DNA of 64,000 nt from a virus (Duplodnaviria; Caudoviricetes). Within the stretch, counting starts at the first letter, position 1. Each line of letters starts with the position of its first letter. Positions 1 to 8,918 of this stretch are shown here, piece by piece. The notes under the pieces are model-generated. The model saw only the letters and a program-made list of their open reading frames with translations. It was not told where the DNA came from and did not search any database. The stretch lies in the IMG/VR virus record IMGVR_UViG_3300029288_000056, positions 128,001 to 192,000 of that record. One strand, given 5' to 3'. Made by a program: the position numbers and the translations under genes.

Positions 1-398
1 TCGTCTTCCCTGAGTAAGCGAAACTTTCCACCATCTATCATCTCTTGAAATTCAGCATCGATCTTGCGTTGTTTTTCTTCCCTTTCACCTGCGATGTTGG
101 CGATCATATAGCGCACTGCGTCAGCTTCCCAAACTCCACAACAGCAGGTAGCTCTTGTCTTTTCAAATTCAAGCTTAATCTCACACTTAACTTTATTCTT
201 TTTGCAATAATAACTCCTGAATGTATCCATACTAAAGATCTCGCAAACCGGGCATTGATGTTGAATGTACTTTTTAACAAATAATTCATCGTTAGGCTGT
301 AGACCGTGGTACAAACGACTGAGCTCGTTACAGCCTCGGCATCTCGGAGGCAACCCAGTTACACTGTTTACCTCGTCACCACAATAAGTACATTTCAT
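1..398 (-). CDS. Cys-rich hypothetical protein, runs off the window edge (MKCTYCGDEV...)
   Basis: Hand-translated open frame from ATG 398 with an AAGGAG RBS; absent from the ORF track. Confidence 0.7.
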   Translation of the reverse strand, partial: MKCTYCGDEVNSVTGLPPRCRGCNELSRLYHGLQPNDELFVKKYIQHQCPVCEIFSMDTFRSYYCKKNKVKCEIKLEFEKTRATCCCGVWEADAVRYMIANIAGEREEKQRKIDAEFQEMIDGGKFRLLRED

Positions 399-414
399 TT
401 TATCTCCTTATTTG

Positions 415-497
415 CGGAGGAGGGGGGATTTGAACCCTCACGTCCTTTCGGACGGCGGTTTAGCGAACCGCTGCCATTCCAGTTAGGCGACTCCTCC
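415..497 (-). tRNA. tRNA-Ser(GCT), C33 variant
   Basis: GGAGGAG/CTCCTCC acceptor, G73, anticodon arm GCGGT-TCGCTAA-ACCGC, long V arm, GTTCAAAT T loop. Confidence 0.9.
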
Positions 498-502
498 AAG
501 CC

Positions 503-673
503 CTACGCTACCGGCCTTGCGGCCTTTACGTCGCAATCCTCATCCTTATCATCATATCCGTGATTCTTTAGATAACTACACTTCAATGTCTCGCTATTGA
601 AGTCAGTGCACTTTGCGGCGCAGCCGTTAGGAAAATATCGGCAAACAACATCATGCTTGTCATAGAATTTCAT
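503..673 (-). CDS. small hypothetical protein (MKFYDKHD...)
   Basis: 56-aa frame with AAGGAG RBS just after a promoter. Confidence 0.6.
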   Translation of the reverse strand: MKFYDKHDVVCRYFPNGCAAKCTDFNSETLKCSYLKNHGYDDKDEDCDVKAARPVA

Positions 674-690
674 TTATTCTCCTTTGTGGT

Positions 691-721
691 ATACTATCAT
701 AAGTGGTCTCAAAAGTCAAGC
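691..721 (-). promoter_or_regulatory. conserved phage promoter
   Basis: TTGACT-17-TAGTAT with extended TG. Confidence 0.8.
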
Positions 722-726
722 ACTTT

Positions 727-927
727 TTATACGTCATAATTCCGTACACTGAGGACCAAATAGACCAAGACGCCCGCAAACGCGATCAACAGCCAAGTTG
801 GGACCAACACAAGTCCCCATGGTAAGCACTCAAAGACTGCTAGCTTTAAAAATATCATACCGCCCTGTATAAGCCCGAAGTACCATAAAAAATTTATCTT
901 AAGTAGTAATCTTCTCATCTTCCCCAC
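727..927 (-). CDS. small membrane protein
   Basis: Two hydrophobic segments. Confidence 0.55.
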   Translation of the reverse strand: MGKMRRLLLKINFLWYFGLIQGGMIFLKLAVFECLPWGLVLVPTWLLIAFAGVLVYLVLSVRNYDV

Positions 928-1130
928 CTTATTGGAAGTTCACAATCATCAGGAAGTTCAACCAAATTATAATGCCAATTACTTGAGTATGGTCTTACAC
1001 CGTCAGGATCTTCCATTGTGCATCCAATACCTAGGAAAGCACAATAAACACAGGTGTTATTGGTAATTAGCCGTGTCTCCCGACAATAATGCCTAATATT
1101 CCTTGATTCTCGATCGGTTAAGTATCTCAC
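915..1130 (-). CDS. hypothetical Cys-rich protein, paralog of 2705..2983
   Basis: Shared R-x-L(T/S)..E...I..YC...CxxC pattern. Confidence 0.6.
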   Translation of the reverse strand: MRYLTDRESRNIRHYCRETRLITNNTCVYCAFLGIGCTMEDPDGVRPYSSNWHYNLVELPDDCELPIRWGR

Positions 1131-1632
1131 TTTTTGTCCTTAACAGCCTTTCCGCCACTTGCATAAGAGATATAGAATGCTCTTTACGGTGGCAGTCTAC
1201 GCAAAGAAGTGTCAGATTATCGTGGCTAAAGGCGTCACCACCGTCTTCTATCGGGACTATGTGATGAATGTTGTATAGATCGCTGTACTCTGCAGCCGCA
1301 AGACACCACCAGTCATATTCTGTGCCGCCCACCTCTAAGAACTCCTTGGACGGATGATATCCGTCTACAAACTTGTGCCCGCACTTCTGACAGGTCCCTC
1401 GATCGCGCCGAAAGATAAATCTCCTGATCGTCTTCCAATCGCACTCTACTCTAAAACGTTCAACTAACGCATCGACGCACGCGTCAGAACAGTAAGCCCA
1501 TCTTCTCGGTGTTAGGATCGGTTGGCCGCAATTATAACATATGTAACGGCCGTTTTCTTTCTTTTTGTGAATACCTTCTCTTTGTTTCCATGTTCCGAAG
1601 TCCATGGAGGAAGTCTTTCGTTTAGTGCGCAT
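1093..1632 (-). CDS. HNH endonuclease
   Basis: RD..CQKCG and IHHIVP..GG...NL.LLC..CH motifs. Confidence 0.85.
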   Translation of the reverse strand: MRTKRKTSSMDFGTWKQREGIHKKKENGRYICYNCGQPILTPRRWAYCSDACVDALVERFRVECDWKTIRRFIFRRDRGTCQKCGHKFVDGYHPSKEFLEVGGTEYDWWCLAAAEYSDLYNIHHIVPIEDGGDAFSHDNLTLLCVDCHRKEHSISLMQVAERLLRTKSEILNRSRIKEY

Positions 1633-1969
1633 ACATTTTAAAATCTTGAAGTTGATGCGGCGTCACAACCGTCAGTTCGTAACGACGATTGTTCTGCAGG
1701 TTAAGCACCTTATACACGTAAGTCTTTTCCTCTCGAAAATCCGTTACGTAGAGCAGTCGGTACTTAACCGGTGAACCGTCTTCATCCTTAACAAAGGCTC
1801 TGAACTTAGTGCCTTCTCCGACAGTTATCTCAAACTGACCGTTAAAGGCCCCGTCATCACACCAAACAATACTTACGAGTTCGGGCTCTACCAATAGGAC
1901 GTCGGCTGTCTCTTCATAAAAAGAAACAGATAGCGCGCTCACGAATAAAAATAGGATTAATAATTTCAT
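1622..1969 (-). CDS. secreted hypothetical protein
   Basis: N-terminal signal peptide MKLLILFLFVSALS. Confidence 0.6.
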   Translation of the reverse strand: MKLLILFLFVSALSVSFYEETADVLLVEPELVSIVWCDDGAFNGQFEITVGEGTKFRAFVKDEDGSPVKYRLLYVTDFREEKTYVYKVLNLQNNRRYELTVVTPHQLQDFKMYAH

Positions 1970-2178
1970 TTATTATCGAGTTTACCCAACACTAGTACTA
2001 TTTGATTATCTGGAGTGATGTAGAGATGTTCATCTCCCATAGAAATCAAACCAAAATGCCATTTCATTCTCATGTGTGGCAATTTAGCTCGTTCCTCCTC
2101 AGTTAATTCCCGCAAATATTGTGTTACGAAGGTGATTTCCGAATAAGGCTTTGCGCCTTCTGTAAAGCTAGTTGCCAT
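1966..2178 (-). CDS. hypothetical protein
   Basis: Coupled ORF with RBS. Confidence 0.6.
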   Translation of the reverse strand: MATSFTEGAKPYSEITFVTQYLRELTEEERAKLPHMRMKWHFGLISMGDEHLYITPDNQIVLVLGKLDNK

Positions 2179-2521
2179 CCTTCTCCTCCTCCGCTAAAAG
2201 CGCAGCATACTCTTCTGGATGCTCAACTTGCCATTTTTCGTATTCTGTAAACATACGATTCATTTCTTCTAGCGGCTTAAATATAGTCATAATCGCTAAA
2301 TCCATTATTCCTCCTAAGTGTAGTACTTTAAGAATATCACCCTTCTCTTTATTCCTCAATGCTATCATTCTACCATCCGGGAACTGAACAACGTCACAAA
2401 GATCACCATAATCTCGTCGCAATCCCCAAAGTTCTTCACCCGACACGGTCTCACCCGTAGTGGTTAAACCGCCGGGCACGTCTGTGAATCGATATGGCGC
2501 TATATCTCTTCCTTCTTGCAC
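2168..2521 (-). CDS. hypothetical protein
   Basis: Coupled ORF. Confidence 0.6.
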   Translation of the reverse strand: MQEGRDIAPYRFTDVPGGLTTTGETVSGEELWGLRRDYGDLCDVVQFPDGRMIALRNKEKGDILKVLHLGGIMDLAIMTIFKPLEEMNRMFTEYEKWQVEHPEEYAALLAEEEKDGN

Positions 2522-2712
2522 TTATCTTCCTTTTCGTCTAAGTATTCAAAGTACTTATACATATCGATGAATCCCGTACTCAAACAAAGCGTGCACTCTT
2601 GTCTCATTCCTTGACAAGCGGCACAGGGCACAACTGTCTCGTCGTGAGCTAGATGGTAGTTATCGAGATAATCGTGCCACTGTTGCGTTCTTCTGCTCAG
2701 ATAATCATTCAT
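2500..2712 (-). CDS. hypothetical zinc-ribbon protein
   Basis: CxxCxG..CxxCxxTG. Confidence 0.6.
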   Translation of the reverse strand: MNDYLSRRTQQWHDYLDNYHLAHDETVVPCAACQGMRQECTLCLSTGFIDMYKYFEYLDEKEDKCKKEEI

Positions 2713-2983
2713 TTATCGGCTTAAAGGGTAGTTTAAAGTCTAATGGGACTAAAACGTTACCGTTCCAATCATACTCAAGGGGAAGCTTATTAAAGCAGTT
2801 TTTAAATCCACAGTGTATTTCATCACCATTCTTGCGAGAATATGGCATCAATTTACAATCAATGCAACAAGACCAATGCCTATGAAAAGTACAATACCAT
2901 TTGATCTGCATAGCCTCCCACTTAGACAATAGTCTAAGTTTAGGGCGCGGGTCGTTTCCACCGTGCCCCCACCATTTATCCAA
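2705..2983 (-). CDS. hypothetical Cys-rich protein
   Basis: Coupled ORF; paralog of 915..1130. Confidence 0.6.
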   Translation of the reverse strand: MDKWWGHGGNDPRPKLRLLSKWEAMQIKWYCTFHRHWSCCIDCKLMPYSRKNGDEIHCGFKNCFNKLPLEYDWNGNVLVPLDFKLPFKPINE

Positions 2984-4436
2984 GAAGCCTTCCTCTGATC
3001 TCTTCTAGAGACTCTTCGCGGACTAACTCACCGTCGATGAATACGTCTTCCAGTAGGTCGTCCAATACCGCCGCTCTAGTCCCGGGGAACATACCATCTA
3101 TACAACGAGTCTGGCCTTCGAAGTCTCTCACGACGACCATTCCGCAATGACTCTTTTTAAACTTACCAGTGTCGGTTACGGGATCCTTAAACAGCTTTTT
3201 CTCTTCTCCACCAAAGACACCAAATGTCGTCTTGAGCGCGAAACCGAAAGTATCGCGGGTGTTGTATTGGTAAGTGAAGGACCCGATCCCATAAACCATG
3301 TTCGTCGAAGCAAACTTGTTTTCCAAAAGCCGTTGACAAATCTCTTCGCATCTCAAAAGCGTAATAGCGTCACCGTAAATACAACCGATATGTGAGTCGA
3401 GCTGTCGGTAGCCCTTCTCGGTTATAGTTCCACCAAAGATTTCCCAAAGGATCTGAAGAACACCTTTGCGCTCATTCTCGTCATCCGAGTTGGGGTCGCC
3501 GCAAATAATTGTAACTGGGTCGCCTGAGTCGGGGCGAATAACTACGCGCCCTTCTCGCGCCATAATGACGTCCTTCAAGGGACGGATAACTTCGTTCAAG
3601 ACTTTCCACAGGTTCCACGTATCAGAGACGATAGAAACGAAACCCTTAGGATAGACCTCGGTGATGAGCCTTTTATAAGACTCGAACTCGTTCTGGCCAT
3701 AGGCTTCCATAACACTATGTTCTGTTGCCGGTATTGAGGTGCCTACAAGGCTCTTCTCAATGTCAGCGCCGTAAAACTCTTCGAGATACATAATAGCCGG
3801 AATCGTGTCGGTCCCTGTGAACGAAAGAAGGTGCCCTGCGCCACTAGACTTACTTGCCTCAAGGCAAGACATACCTCTCATTGAAAAGTCGTGGCCTTGG
3901 AACTTTACAAACTCCATGTCCCCACCAGTTGAATCTGCATAGAAGTCTAACAGCTTCCGGTATTCGTATGCGATGGTCGCCGAAGTTGTAGGCTGCCAAA
4001 GCTCACAAGACATTAACGTCTCGATGTAGTTAGTCAGCCAGAAAAACTCAGGCTTAGTATTCTCGATCGTTAGGATAGGAATTCCAATAGGGATCCGGCT
4101 ACCTTCCTTAACCGCTCTGATTCGCAACGGCAAGTACCCGAGATCGTGCAGCGCCTCAATATGATCGGTTCGGGGGTTTCCGCCAAGAGTGTTTTGAATA
4201 ACTCTCCTATGTTCCCCCACCACTTCAGCCTTGGGACGACTAAAGAAATTCTCGTTAAAATAATCCATAAGGAACTTCTTGATGAAGGCCTGAAACCCAA
4301 AAGCTACAACCTTATCCACGTTTTTTAAACGGGAAATACGAGGAGTCCACGTAGAATAAATCATCTCTGTGTTCTTGGGATACTGCTCAAAATGGGACTG
4401 TTTGTAAAAGTCCGTTAGTAATGTAGGTGTAGTCAC
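2976..4436 (-). CDS. nadV: nicotinamide phosphoribosyltransferase family (Namat/NadV-like)
   Basis: TDFYKQSH, HDFSMRG, PATEHSVM, SIVSDT, RPDSGDP, IYGD, TRDTFGFA.K motifs. Confidence 0.92.
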   Translation of the reverse strand: MTTPTLLTDFYKQSHFEQYPKNTEMIYSTWTPRISRLKNVDKVVAFGFQAFIKKFLMDYFNENFFSRPKAEVVGEHRRVIQNTLGGNPRTDHIEALHDLGYLPLRIRAVKEGSRIPIGIPILTIENTKPEFFWLTNYIETLMSCELWQPTTSATIAYEYRKLLDFYADSTGGDMEFVKFQGHDFSMRGMSCLEASKSSGAGHLLSFTGTDTIPAIMYLEEFYGADIEKSLVGTSIPATEHSVMEAYGQNEFESYKRLITEVYPKGFVSIVSDTWNLWKVLNEVIRPLKDVIMAREGRVVIRPDSGDPVTIICGDPNSDDENERKGVLQILWEIFGGTITEKGYRQLDSHIGCIYGDAITLLRCEEICQRLLENKFASTNMVYGIGSFTYQYNTRDTFGFALKTTFGVFGGEEKKLFKDPVTDTGKFKKSHCGMVVVRDFEGQTRCIDGMFPGTRAAVLDDLLEDVFIDGELVREESLEEIRGRLLG

Positions 4437-4448
4437 GACACGCTCCTT

Positions 4449-5303
4449 TTAGTTATTGCTCTTTATTAGGCTGCATACTTTGATTTTATCATGTGGTATA
4501 GTTAGTATACTATCTGTCGTAAATATCTTCGTTATTAGGTCTGATTCCAAAAGCTTACCCTGATGGACCGAGTCTTCACAGTGGCCGACAATCAAGTAAA
4601 TCTTGTCAGCGCCAAGAGCCTTAAGCTTTTCTGCGCCTAGTAAAAACGTAAATCCCTTAGATGCCAAGTCGTCTACCATTACGACATTAAACACTTCTGG
4701 CGGCTCAGCGTCCCCGCCCACAATTGTTAAACTAGTAATCTTTCCGGTGGCAAAGTCTCGGTGTTTGAATCCGACAAGGTGTCGAAAACCGGGAAACAAC
4801 TTGGCGTATCGTTTCTCTGCGCTAGCATCCGGAAAGTAAATGAAGTCTCGCTCGTTGTTAAACTCAAATTCACCTTTTTCGCGCATATCGTGGAAAACCC
4901 CCTCAACTAATCCCTTAACTCGACAATTATTTAGCAGCGCTACGCACACATCAGAGTGGGGCTCATTCACGGTAACCTCTTCAAACCCCAGTGAGTTGAT
5001 CAGCTCACAAACATACTTGAGCGTAAAAGCGAAGCCCGCCTCAGCTCTATCTAAACGTGAGTAGGGCATATAAAGAATATTGAGAATGATAGCGTATCCT
5101 TTAAAGACTTGGTCTATATACTTTTTCAAAAACATCAAATGAATAAGGTCGGAGTCGTCCTCGTATTTTAGGGTGAACTCGATGACTTTAACCAACATAC
5201 GATACTCATCAAAATCTAAGGGAAGATCTTCAACTCTAAAGAACAGTTCGCCGTTCGGATACTTTTGGAAATTCATCTTCTTACCGTTTAGTAGGATCAT
5301 CAT
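4449..5303 (-). CDS. ribose-phosphate pyrophosphokinase family (Adps-like)
   Basis: YPNGE, YMPYSRLDR, EPHS, FPD.SA, VDDLASKGFTF, TTDS motifs. Confidence 0.9.
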   Translation of the reverse strand: MMILLNGKKMNFQKYPNGELFFRVEDLPLDFDEYRMLVKVIEFTLKYEDDSDLIHLMFLKKYIDQVFKGYAIILNILYMPYSRLDRAEAGFAFTLKYVCELINSLGFEEVTVNEPHSDVCVALLNNCRVKGLVEGVFHDMREKGEFEFNNERDFIYFPDASAEKRYAKLFPGFRHLVGFKHRDFATGKITSLTIVGGDAEPPEVFNVVMVDDLASKGFTFLLGAEKLKALGADKIYLIVGHCEDSVHQGKLLESDLITKIFTTDSILTIPHDKIKVCSLIKSNN

Positions 5304-5545
5304 TTCTCTTTTCGTTGAATAATTAGTTCACTACCACAATGAGGACACCATTTCCATATCGCATCAAAGTCAGGAGGATATGTAAATACCATAGCTAACA
5401 TTTGAGAATATGCACGCCTCCCCAACAATTTCAAAGCCGCTCTTATTGGCATCAAGCATCCATTAGGACAAACCGCCTCACACTTATCTCGCAATTCTAC
5501 ATCATGAATATCCTCGTCATTCTTAATCCTTAGATTATAATCCAC
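5300..5545 (-). CDS. hypothetical zinc-ribbon protein
   Basis: CPxC/CPHCG. Confidence 0.6.
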   Translation of the reverse strand: MDYNLRIKNDEDIHDVELRDKCEAVCPNGCLMPIRAALKLLGRRAYSQMLAMVFTYPPDFDAIWKWCPHCGSELIIQRKEK

Positions 5546-5931
5546 TATTTCTCCAGTATCAAGTGTTTAGTATCCTCAATCTTATCTAGAATATGTTGAG
5601 CTAATTCTTTCACGTAGTCTATAGCTTGGTGAGCCGTTTTATTATGCCACTGCGAATTATAGAAGTTAGGATTCCTGATGAGAAAGTTGCGTATTAGAGT
5701 CTTAACATGACGATAAAATTCCTCTTCACACTGGGTAGTGGAATTCTTACGCCGGTTAGTTTCTTTATAGTGCGCTTTTCTCCATTTATTAATCATTTTA
5801 GTGGGAGGGCAACCTCCATCATAGAGTTTCCAACGGCTGTCCGGATTAGCGCAAGGAACCTTCTCTTCCGCATTATAAGGTGCATGAGCGCGGCAGCGCC
5901 TACACTTCTCTTCCCTACTAATCATTCCCAT
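5545..5931 (-). CDS. hypothetical protein
   Basis: Coupled ORF. Confidence 0.6.
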   Translation of the reverse strand: MGMISREEKCRRCRAHAPYNAEEKVPCANPDSRWKLYDGGCPPTKMINKWRKAHYKETNRRKNSTTQCEEEFYRHVKTLIRNFLIRNPNFYNSQWHNKTAHQAIDYVKELAQHILDKIEDTKHLILEK

Positions 5932-6223
5932 TGAGTCTCTCCTTGATTATGGTACCTATCGTTTCCACGTTTTTTGTGTAGTAGGTTTTCATATTCGAAA
6001 TAACGTTGTTCGTTTTATCGTAGAAACAAACTTTCCGTTCCCCCACTGTCACAAAATGATTGCTTTTCTTAAACCGCTGTCTACCGTTAAGGTTCGTTTC
6101 GGTATCGTTCCTTATCACTTTCGAGGTGACCGCGGGTGTCTCGCCATCTGGCTCATAGCCATGTTGGAGAACTAAACTAACTACTTCATTTATTTTATCC
6201 ATTTTATATTTCACCCTCGACAC
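5918..6223 (-). CDS. hypothetical protein
   Basis: Coupled ORF. Confidence 0.6.
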   Translation of the reverse strand: MSRVKYKMDKINEVVSLVLQHGYEPDGETPAVTSKVIRNDTETNLNGRQRFKKSNHFVTVGERKVCFYDKTNNVISNMKTYYTKNVETIGTIIKERLNGND

Positions 6224-6872
6224 TTAATTGTTCTGTCAGTTGATATTCTATAAAAGCCCTTTTGCGCCTTTCTATTCTATTGCTATTTCTATTTTTACTT
6301 TTGTACGTGGGCAATTGAGCGTCACAATTAGGGCAAACTAGTCTTAAATTATCAAGAGACCAATTAGAACCGTTACCGTTAATATGATCCAAAACTAACG
6401 GAGTTGGTTGACCCATCCACTCTGTTAATCCACAGACTTCACATTTATGGCCGCGTTTATAGATTAAATATTTTCTAACTGGATGGCTGTTTGAACCGCA
6501 ATTAAGCCATGGAAAACCATTGTTAGCCTCAATCTTCTCACAATTTAATTTCCATTGATTATCTTTGTGGCACTTATTACTACAATACTTAGTATCATAT
6601 CTCTCCAACTCAGTGCCACAGACTATACAATATCTCTTACCTTTTGTTTTATTGTTGATCTCTCTTTTACTATTATTAAATGTCGCGGAACAATGATGAT
6701 CACAAAACTTATTCCTTCTCTTGTTAAACGGTAAAGTCTTGCCGCATTGCAAACATACAGGCGGATTTTTTATGTAAGCTTCATACACTTTTTCAAATCT
6801 TGATTTAATAAAATCATCAAGATGAGCTTTTTGATATCCTAATTTACCTGCTTCTGAATGCGTCATAACCAT
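6204..6872 (-). CDS. HNH homing endonuclease with zinc fingers
   Basis: CEVCG..EW.G.P.PL.LDHING...N....NLR.VCPNC. Confidence 0.9.
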   Translation of the reverse strand: MVMTHSEAGKLGYQKAHLDDFIKSRFEKVYEAYIKNPPVCLQCGKTLPFNKRRNKFCDHHCSATFNNSKREINNKTKGKRYCIVCGTELERYDTKYCSNKCHKDNQWKLNCEKIEANNGFPWLNCGSNSHPVRKYLIYKRGHKCEVCGLTEWMGQPTPLVLDHINGNGSNWSLDNLRLVCPNCDAQLPTYKSKNRNSNRIERRKRAFIEYQLTEQLSVEGEI

Positions 6873-6888
6873 AATAATTTCTCCTATG

Positions 6889-6975
6889 AGCCGGGGGTGG
6901 GATTCGAACCCACGTGACGATTTCTCGTAACCCGCTTACAAGGCGGGCCCAATCAACCAACTATGGGACCCCGGC
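6889..6975 (-). tRNA. tRNA-Thr(TGT) with an unusual long variable arm
   Basis: GCCGGGG/CCCCGGC, U73, CCCGC-CTTGTAA-GCGGG, V arm ACGA-GAAA-TCGT. Confidence 0.85.
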
Positions 6976-7135
6976 ATATTCTAATACTCTGCTAAAAAGA
7001 ATCCCACTTGCTCGTTCCAGTCCCCCGCGCCCATCTCTAAAGGATAACTCTCAGGATCGTGACTGTTTTCCGCAAGCCAGTACTTCTCGAAAGCGTTTAA
7101 GGCTGCGCGTTGCTCAGCTAAATATTCGTCAAGTT

Positions 7136-7561
7136 TCATACTATCCCCCACTCCCTAGCCTCGTCAGCGGTGATACTTACGACCTCGTCCTCACTCATTA
7201 GGCCTTCGTTGCGTGCCCACACGTTAATGCCGTAGGCCTCGCAATACTCATCCCAAGCGCCATGATTGCAAATGTTTTGCACACTTACCCGGACCATTAC
7301 GACTTCAGGTTCTTCAGGACGCTCTCCACCCTTATCATAAGCATCACTTTCGTCTTTGGCCCGGTGACATCGTTCCCGGTTTTCGTGCTTAGCGCGTTCC
7401 TCAGCCTCTTTGCGCGCGATCTCTCGCTGTCTCCTGCACTCAGCGTCGCGTTTGATGGACTCTTGGCGTTCCTCTTGCTCACGCTCAAATTGCGCAATCT
7501 CCTCTAGAGCGCTCTCTATTGAGATGTTCCAACCAAGGCCCAAACAATTTTCTGGATTCAT
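7136..7561 (-). CDS. hypothetical protein
   Basis: ORF with GGAGG RBS. Confidence 0.65.
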   Translation of the reverse strand: MNPENCLGLGWNISIESALEEIAQFEREQEERQESIKRDAECRRQREIARKEAEERAKHENRERCHRAKDESDAYDKGGERPEEPEVVMVRVSVQNICNHGAWDEYCEAYGINVWARNEGLMSEDEVVSITADEAREWGIV

Positions 7562-7569
7562 AATGCCTC

Positions 7570-7764
7570 CTATCCTAGAGAATTAAGAAATGCTATTGGG
7601 CTAGTCCCATTTTTATAGGCATCCCAAAGTTTATTAGTGCTTATGTGCCGCTCATTTATCACGTTAGTCAAGTCTTCTCCCACAACTGAAAGAGCGTAAT
7701 CCATATCAGATATCCAGTTGGAGAAATCATGATCCTCTCTCATTAATGTAGATAATAGACTCAT
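7570..7764 (-). CDS. hypothetical protein
   Basis: AAGGAGG RBS. Confidence 0.6.
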   Translation of the reverse strand: MSLLSTLMREDHDFSNWISDMDYALSVVGEDLTNVINERHISTNKLWDAYKNGTSPIAFLNSLG

Positions 7765-7773
7765 AATACCTCC

Positions 7774-8031
7774 TTATCGTAGTGTGCGAACATACTCCTG
7801 TAATTCTTTTAACTCCTCGACCTTCTTGCGAAAGCTCGGTATGCACTGTAGATATCGCTCGTAATATTCTTTGCCGTGTTCGTCTTTCATGTCCTTAAGA
7901 TAGCGGCAATGTTCGCCAAACATATGTGCGAAAATATCCCAATAACGATATGACTCCAGAGTTCTGTTCATCTTACAGAACCGTGCTGTCACCTTTTCTA
8001 GTTCCGCAATATATTCTTCTTTGTAGCTCAT
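7774..8031 (-). CDS. hypothetical protein
   Basis: ORF; start uncertain (8031 or 8094). Confidence 0.55.
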   Translation of the reverse strand: MSYKEEYIAELEKVTARFCKMNRTLESYRYWDIFAHMFGEHCRYLKDMKDEHGKEYYERYLQCIPSFRKKVEELKELQEYVRTLR

Positions 8032-8169
8032 TAGAATTTTCCCAAGGTCGCAAGTATGGTGAATAGACCGAAAAAGCCCGCCATAACATACCATAGTCCT
8101 CTAGTGAACGAGTTTCTTCGGCAAGTATTTCCTGCTATCGCGCACAGAACCATCATTAAAAAGAAGTAG

Positions 8170-8493
8170 TTATCCTGTGGCATCAGCGGTCTCCTTTGCG
8201 GCTTCTTCCTTCTTATAGTTGCGCGATTCTGCCTGAGAAATCAAGAGAGCCATCATATTCATAATCGCGTCGTGTGTACATTCCAGCTCAGAGATACGAA
8301 CGGCTAGTTCTTTGTTGTTTTCCCTGAATTTCCGCTCAGTCTGAATTTCAATAGCCGTCTTCAGTATTCTCTTGCGCTCTCTGATATGAGTAAAGAACTC
8401 ACCCCAGAACAGGTCGAGAGTTATCTGCAGTCTATCTTCGAGTGGTAATTTCGCGAGCCTTTCCAGTATCAATAATGTCGATGTGCCTTCCAT
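8170..8493 (-). CDS. hypothetical protein
   Basis: First gene after a promoter, RBS. Confidence 0.65.
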   Translation of the reverse strand: MEGTSTLLILERLAKLPLEDRLQITLDLFWGEFFTHIRERKRILKTAIEIQTERKFRENNKELAVRISELECTHDAIMNMMALLISQAESRNYKKEEAAKETADATG

Positions 8494-8513
8494 TTTTCCT
8501 CACTTTCGTTAAT

Positions 8514-8544
8514 AATATAACATAAGACAAAGGAAAAGTCAAGC
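8514..8544 (-). promoter_or_regulatory. conserved phage promoter
   Basis: TTGACT-17-TATATT, extended TG. Confidence 0.8.
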
Positions 8545-8564
8545 GTTATTTTACCATAAAAAAT

Positions 8565-8635
8565 CTGGCGGGAAAGGAATCGCACCCTTATTTCGAGGTT
8601 CAAAGCCTCGCGTCTTACTATTGGACGACCCGCCA
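8565..8635 (-). tRNA. tRNA-Gln(TTG)
   Basis: TGGCGGG/CCCGCCA, G73, CGAGG-CTTTGAA-CCTCG; T loop TGCGATT. Confidence 0.9.
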
Positions 8636-8644
8636 ATGTTACTT

Positions 8645-8675
8645 ATTATATCATAACTTTATTCAAAAGTCAAGC
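8645..8675 (-). promoter_or_regulatory. conserved phage promoter driving tRNA-Gln
   Basis: TTGACT-17-TATAAT, extended TG. Confidence 0.85.
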
Positions 8676-8678
8676 ACT

Positions 8679-8918
8679 TTAAAATCTGTACCTCTCGTAA
8701 CAGCCGAATTCGTGCCAATCGCGATAATTCCTTATGTTACAGGCGGACCTACAGCCTTGGCAAGACAGGTTGTACTCTCCGATCTTCTTTACCACAATAT
8801 TGTGCATGTCCGTCACAAAGGCCAAGTCCAATAGTACGCCCAGCTTCTCGGCGTTCGGTACCCTGAACAGATGGGCGGTCGCTGGGATAAGACAGTTGTA
8901 AACGTTTTTACTGTTCAT
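8679..8918 (-). CDS. hypothetical protein
   Basis: Coupled ORF. Confidence 0.55.
   Translation of the reverse strand: MNSKNVYNCLIPATAHLFRVPNAEKLGVLLDLAFVTDMHNIVVKKIGEYNLSCQGCRSACNIRNYRDWHEFGCYERYRF

Noticed and set aside
294-346. AGGCTGTA/TACAGCCT hairpin
   Set aside because: It lies inside the coding frame 1..398 with no independent support
415-497. Possible amber suppressor (CTA appears in the loop)
   Set aside because: The 7-nt loop centres on GCT and the body is Ser-type; long genes are intact under the standard code, so there is no sign of recoding
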